Made by a program: the position numbers and the translations under genes. From contig JBDROZ010000070.1 of assembly GCA_043809585.1 (NCBI GenBank), positions 15,122-79,121 of the forward strand: a stretch of 64,000 bases of DNA. Reading direction: 5' to 3'. Of the stretch, positions 59,697 to 64,000 are shown in pieces (position 1 is the stretch's first letter; every line of letters begins with the position of its first letter). The notes under the pieces are model-generated. The model saw only the letters and a list, made by a program, of their open reading frames with translations. It made no database searches and was not told the DNA's origin. The DNA comes from Candidatus Eiseniibacteriota bacterium (lineage in GTDB: Bacteria > Orphanbacterota > Orphanbacteria > Orphanbacterales > Orphanbacteraceae).

Positions 59697-61493
59697 ATGG
59701 ACCGAAAAGCCCTCTATGCCATCGTCCTCTCGACGCTGCTGATCATCACGTACCAGATCGTCTTCGTGAAGCCGCCGGAGAACCTCCCCTTGGACGAGGG
59801 GATGGTCCAGAAGGGGGCGAGCCGTCCCGAGGCCGGCGTGCCCAGACCGGACGCCGGTGCAACGATCTCGCCGACGCCCCCGCCCGGAGGCGAGCCGGTC
59901 CTCGGGGCGATCCCGGAGGTCGGCCTGGAAGAGGAGCCGGTGGAGTGGGCGACGATCCCCGTCGAGACGCCTCTCTACGCGCTCACCATCGACACCCGGG
60001 GGGCGACAATCCGGGACCTCCGCCTTGTCGAGTTCGAGGGGGAGGAGGATGGTCCGGTAGTGCTCGTCCCGAACGAGGGCCCCGGCGGACTCGGGCTGAT
60101 CCTCAAGGTCCGGGACGGCGAGATCGATCTCCGGGGGACGGTCTTCCGGGCCGACCGGGACCGCGTGAGACTCCGGGGACCCGAAGGGCCCGACGCCGAA
60201 TCGCGGGTCACCCTCGAGCGCACACTCGCCAACGGCCTCACCGTGAAACGGATCTTCAAGTTCCGGGCCGACTCGTATCGGATCGACGTGGACCAGGTGA
60301 TCTCCCGCGGGCCGTCGGCGCCCGAGGTCTACTCCTACCGCCTCCTGTGGGAGCCGGGGATCGCCTTTACCGAAGGGGACCCGGAAAACGAGAAGCGGGA
60401 GATGGGCGCCGTCACGTTCACTGCCGGCAAGGCGATCACCGACAAAGCGGGGAAGGTGAAAGAGGGCGAGCCGGTGGAGCGGACCGGCGCCCGCTGGGCG
60501 GCGGTGAAGAACAAGTACTTCGCCATCGCCCTCGCCCCCGACGAACGGGCCGACGCGGACGTGATGATCCACCGCATGGGCGAGGAAGAGCGGGTCTTTC
60601 TCGACATGAGGATCGCCATGCCCGATCCGGTGCGGAACGAGACCGGGATCGGCATCTATGCCGTGCCCCTCGAGATGGACCTGCTGAAGGGGGAGGGGAT
60701 CGGTCTCGAAGGACTCATCGACCTCGGGTGGGTCTACATTCGCCCGATCTCGGGCCTCACGCTCACGGCGATCAACTTCCTCTACAAGTACGTGCCGAAC
60801 TACGGCGTCGTGATCATCCTCATCTCGCTGATCACGAAGATCCTCTTCTACCGGCTCACGCACAAGAGCTTCAAGTCCATGAAGGACATGCAGAAGATCC
60901 AGGGACAGGTCAGCGCCCTCAAGGAGAAGTACAAGGGGGACGCGCAGCGGCTGAACAAGGAGACGATGGCGCTCTACAAGCGCGAAGGCGTAAACCCCCT
61001 CGGCGGATGCCTTCCCATGCTCCTGCAGATGCCGGTGTTCATCGCCCTCTACCAGGTCCTCCAGAGAACGATCGGGCTCCGCAGGGCGCCGTTCATGCTC
61101 TGGATGGACGACCTCTCCCGGCCGGACGTTCTGACCAACCTGCCCTTCGCCCTCCCCTTCCTGGGAACGCACCTGAGCCTTCTGCCGCTCCTCATGGGCG
61201 CGTCCATGATCCTGCAGCAGAAGATGACCACCGTAGACCCGCGGCAGAAAGCGCTGGTCTACATGATGCCCGTCTTCATGACGGTTCTCTTTTACCGGCT
61301 GCCGTCCGGCCTCGTGCTGTACTGGTTCGTGAACAACGTGCTCTCGATCGGCCAGCAGTACCTGATCCACAGAGGAGACGGCAAGGGGGACGAGCCGGCT
61401 ACCGACGCGAAGACGACCCGACAAAGCGGCAAGAGCACCAAGGGCCGGGGGCGCGGACGAAGCGGCGCCTCACCGGCGAAGGAGACATCATGA
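59697..61493 (+). CDS. yidC: Membrane protein insertase YidC
   Basis: N-terminal TM, large periplasmic domain, C-terminal 5-TM core (GVNPLGGCLPMLLQMPVFIALY...LPSGLVLYWFVNN). Confidence 0.85.
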   Translation: MDRKALYAIVLSTLLIITYQIVFVKPPENLPLDEGMVQKGASRPEAGVPRPDAGATISPTPPPGGEPVLGAIPEVGLEEEPVEWATIPVETPLYALTIDTRGATIRDLRLVEFEGEEDGPVVLVPNEGPGGLGLILKVRDGEIDLRGTVFRADRDRVRLRGPEGPDAESRVTLERTLANGLTVKRIFKFRADSYRIDVDQVISRGPSAPEVYSYRLLWEPGIAFTEGDPENEKREMGAVTFTAGKAITDKAGKVKEGEPVERTGARWAAVKNKYFAIALAPDERADADVMIHRMGEEERVFLDMRIAMPDPVRNETGIGIYAVPLEMDLLKGEGIGLEGLIDLGWVYIRPISGLTLTAINFLYKYVPNYGVVIILISLITKILFYRLTHKSFKSMKDMQKIQGQVSALKEKYKGDAQRLNKETMALYKREGVNPLGGCLPMLLQMPVFIALYQVLQRTIGLRRAPFMLWMDDLSRPDVLTNLPFALPFLGTHLSLLPLLMGASMILQQKMTTVDPRQKALVYMMPVFMTVLFYRLPSGLVLYWFVNNVLSIGQQYLIHRGDGKGDEPATDAKTTRQSGKSTKGRGRGRSGASPAKETS

Positions 61494-62266
61494 AAAGCGT
61501 GATCGGTGAGGGACGCACCGACGAGGAAGCGCTGGATCAGGCGCTGAAAAAACTGGGAGTGCGGATCGACGAGGTCCACGTCGAGGTTCTCGAGGAGAAA
61601 CGAGGACTGCTCTTCGGGCTTCTCGGCGGTCGGAAGATCCGCGTGAAGGTCACCCACCAGCAGGGGACGGAGGAGAAGATCGAGAAGGTCCTCTCGGGAA
61701 TCCTGAGGCGCCTCGACATCGGAGCGCGGGTGGAGGTCCGCAAGGACGAGGGAGACTATCACGTGGAAGTGATCACCCTCGAGGGGGACGGCCTTCTCAT
61801 CGGAAAACACGGTGAAACACTTCACGCGCTCGAGCATCTGTTGAATCGCATCGTCCACAAGGACCCGAACGAGCCGGGACGGGTGCGGGTCGACGTGGGG
61901 GGCTACCGGGAACGCCGGGACGACCAGCTCCGGTCGAGAGCGCTCCAGATGGCGGAGAGAGTGAAGGAGTCGGGACGCGAGGTCAGCACGGACCCGCTCT
62001 ACTCGCCGGACCGGAGGGTGATCCATCTCGCCCTGACCGGGGACCCGAAGATCCGCACGTACACGGTGGGGGACGGGCTCTACAAGAGCGTCGTCGTCGC
62101 ACCGAGCCAGGGGGGTCCGCGAGGGAGCAGCAGTCGCTCCGACGATGGACGCCCGGCGGCGAGCCGCTCCGGCGGAAACCGCGGCGGCGGGGGGCGTTCC
62201 CGCGCTGGCCGAAGCGGTGGAGGCGGACGGGGCCAGGGCGGAGACCGCCATCGAAGGAATGATTGA
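61490..62266 (+). CDS. jag: Jag/KhpB RNA-binding protein (Jag_N, KH, R3H) with RGG-rich tail
   Basis: Jag_N (TDEEALDQALKKLGV), KH-like GKHGETLHALEHLLN, R3H region, Arg/Gly-rich C-terminus; ATG overlaps the yidC stop (ATGA). Confidence 0.7.
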   Translation: MKSVIGEGRTDEEALDQALKKLGVRIDEVHVEVLEEKRGLLFGLLGGRKIRVKVTHQQGTEEKIEKVLSGILRRLDIGARVEVRKDEGDYHVEVITLEGDGLLIGKHGETLHALEHLLNRIVHKDPNEPGRVRVDVGGYRERRDDQLRSRALQMAERVKESGREVSTDPLYSPDRRVIHLALTGDPKIRTYTVGDGLYKSVVVAPSQGGPRGSSSRSDDGRPAASRSGGNRGGGGRSRAGRSGGGGRGQGGDRHRRND

Positions 62267-62514
62267 CCGGGCCGTGACCGATAAATCGACTCGGATTCGC
62301 GAAGGGCGGCCCGTGACGGCCGTCCTTTTCGTTTCGCTCTTCACGCTCTTCGTGGTCTTCTGCTCCCGGACGGACGGAGATTCACGGCGAAGGACACGGA
62401 GGGCGCGAAGAAAGTGGAAAGCGGGAGGCACAGAGCCGTTCGTCCTGAGTGCCGCTGAGCGGAGCGAGGCGGTGTATCGAAGGAGGAACCGGCGAAGCAG
62501 GGGAAGAACGGACC

Positions 62515-63984
62515 ATGCTTTACCGTGACGGAGACACGATCGTGGCGCAGGCAACGCCGCCGGGCACGGGGGCGCTCGCGGTGGTGCGCCTTTCGGGGCC
62601 GGAATCGGCGCGGATCGCCGACGAGATCTTCCGCGGGGGCGGGCGCCCCTCGGAGTCGGAGCCCCGCAAGATGCTCCATGGCGAGATCGTGGATACCGCC
62701 GACACCGCGATCGACGAAGTTCTCCTCGTCCGCTTCGCCGCACCCCGTTCCTATACGGGAGAGGACGCCGTCGAGATCTCCTGTCACGGCGGCCCTTACC
62801 TGGTGCGGCGAATCGTCGACCGGGCGGTCCTCGCCGGGGCCCGCCCCGCTGCGCCGGGGGAGTTCACCCGCAGGGCCTTCGTGAACGGCCGGATCGACCT
62901 CGCCCAGGCGGAGTCGGTGGCGGACCTGATCCGGGCGCGGACCGAAGGGGCGGCTCGAAGCGCCCTCCGGCAGCTCTCGGGCGATCTGTCGGAGCGCTTC
63001 CTCATCCTACGGGAGGGGCTCGTGGAGGTCCTCGCCGGAGTCGAGGGAGAGCTCGATTTCGCGGCGGAAGAGGAGGTGCCGGGCTACGACCGGCCGGGCG
63101 CGGCGCGCGTCGTCGAAAGCGTCGGGACCGAACTCGTCCGTCTCGGGGCGGAAGGGGAGAAGGGGCGGCTCGTGCGCGAAGGGGTTCGCGTCACGATCGT
63201 CGGCCGTCCGAACAGCGGAAAGTCGACCCTCTTCAATGCGCTGCTCGGCGAGGAGCGGGCGATCGTGTCGCCGGAGCCGGGCACGACCCGGGACCTTATC
63301 GAGGGGGAGGTGGAGATCGGCGGCCTTCTCTTTCACTTTTCCGATACGGCGGGCATGCGGGAGGCGACCGGCGCCGTCGAAGAAGAGGGAATTCGCCGCG
63401 CCCGGAGGCGTCGTGACGAGGCGGACCTCCTCCTCGTCGTCATCGACCGCTCGGAGGAGATGACCGGCGAAGACCGGGAAGTTCTCGCGTCGACGGAAGA
63501 GCGCAGGCGGATCGTCGTCCTTGCCAAGGACGACCTCCCGGAGGTTTCGGGGACACAAATCCTCATTCAGCCGAGAGGCCGGGTCGGACGGCGCGAAACA
63601 CGGGAAGAGAAGGAACGACCAGGAATCTCCGGCGATCATGGAATCGAGGATTGTGTCCCCGAAACTTCGGACGATACCTTGTTCGTCTCTCTCTCCGCCG
63701 TGACCGGCGAGGGAATGGACGGCCTCCGGGAGGCAATGCTCGCGGCGATGGGCGCGAAGGAAGTGGAGGCCCTCGGCGACGGGGTCGTGACGAGCGTGCG
63801 GCACCTCGAGGCGATCCGCGCAGCGAAGAGCGCGCTCGCGCGGGCCGAGGGCGTGATCGACGAAGGGGAACTCCTCGCCGAAGAGCTGCGGGAGGCGATC
63901 CGCCACATCGGCGAGATCACCGGCGAAGGGGCGCGGGAAGAAGTGCTCGACCGGATCTTCTCGCGCTTCTGTCTCGGCAAGTGA
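62515..63984 (+). CDS. mnmE: tRNA modification GTPase MnmE
   Basis: N-terminal THF-binding domain (IVAQATPPGTGALAVVRLSG), G domain GRPNSGKSTLFN / DTAG / KDD, C-terminal CLGK motif. Confidence 0.85.
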   Translation: MLYRDGDTIVAQATPPGTGALAVVRLSGPESARIADEIFRGGGRPSESEPRKMLHGEIVDTADTAIDEVLLVRFAAPRSYTGEDAVEISCHGGPYLVRRIVDRAVLAGARPAAPGEFTRRAFVNGRIDLAQAESVADLIRARTEGAARSALRQLSGDLSERFLILREGLVEVLAGVEGELDFAAEEEVPGYDRPGAARVVESVGTELVRLGAEGEKGRLVREGVRVTIVGRPNSGKSTLFNALLGEERAIVSPEPGTTRDLIEGEVEIGGLLFHFSDTAGMREATGAVEEEGIRRARRRRDEADLLLVVIDRSEEMTGEDREVLASTEERRRIVVLAKDDLPEVSGTQILIQPRGRVGRRETREEKERPGISGDHGIEDCVPETSDDTLFVSLSAVTGEGMDGLREAMLAAMGAKEVEALGDGVVTSVRHLEAIRAAKSALARAEGVIDEGELLAEELREAIRHIGEITGEGAREEVLDRIFSRFCLGK

Positions 63985-64000
63985 TCCCGCGGGTCGAGTG

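Overview
High-GC (~68-70%) bacterial chromosomal window that spans the replication origin. On the minus strand, dnaA-dnaN-recF-DUF721(DciA-like)-gyrB-gyrA diverge from rpmH-rnpA-yidD-yidC-jag-mnmE on the plus strand. Clusters of DnaA boxes plus an AT-rich unwinding element lie between dnaN and dnaA, and further boxes lie upstream of dnaA. The rest of the window mixes housekeeping genes (dapF, recG, trpA, uppP, a NifS/IscS-like desulfurase with mnmA, hflX, trxA) with an envelope/secretion-rich accessory complement. This includes two secreted proteases carrying a T9SS-type (FlgD-Ig / Por_Secre_tail-like) C-terminal sorting domain, a PorV/FadL-like outer-membrane barrel, an FG-GAP protein, beta-helix and Big-domain lipoproteins and several TPR proteins. 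It also includes an MglA-like Ras-family GTPase with a long low-complexity C-terminal extension. A sigma-54 module is recognisable: a PAS-AAA+-HTH enhancer-binding protein is divergently placed from a predicted sigma-54 promoter that drives an MMPL(RND)/LolA-like/outer-membrane-barrel/DUF2892 operon, with arrays of TGTTGC dyads flanking the activator gene. Additional GG-N10-GC sigma-54-type promoters sit upstream of mglA and the secreted metalloprotease. An unusual intergenic element (41-bp perfect palindrome, repeated half-sites, G-runs and degenerate ~60-bp tandem repeats) precedes the desulfurase-mnmA pair. A lower-GC patch (~28.9-31.0 kb) carries a COG1373/DUF4143 ATPase, a possible DUF1156-methylase N-terminal remnant and an unclassified 200-aa protein. 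Many long ORFs in the six-frame track are GC-driven alternative-frame or antisense artefacts and are not called. No tRNA, rRNA or CRISPR array was recognised.
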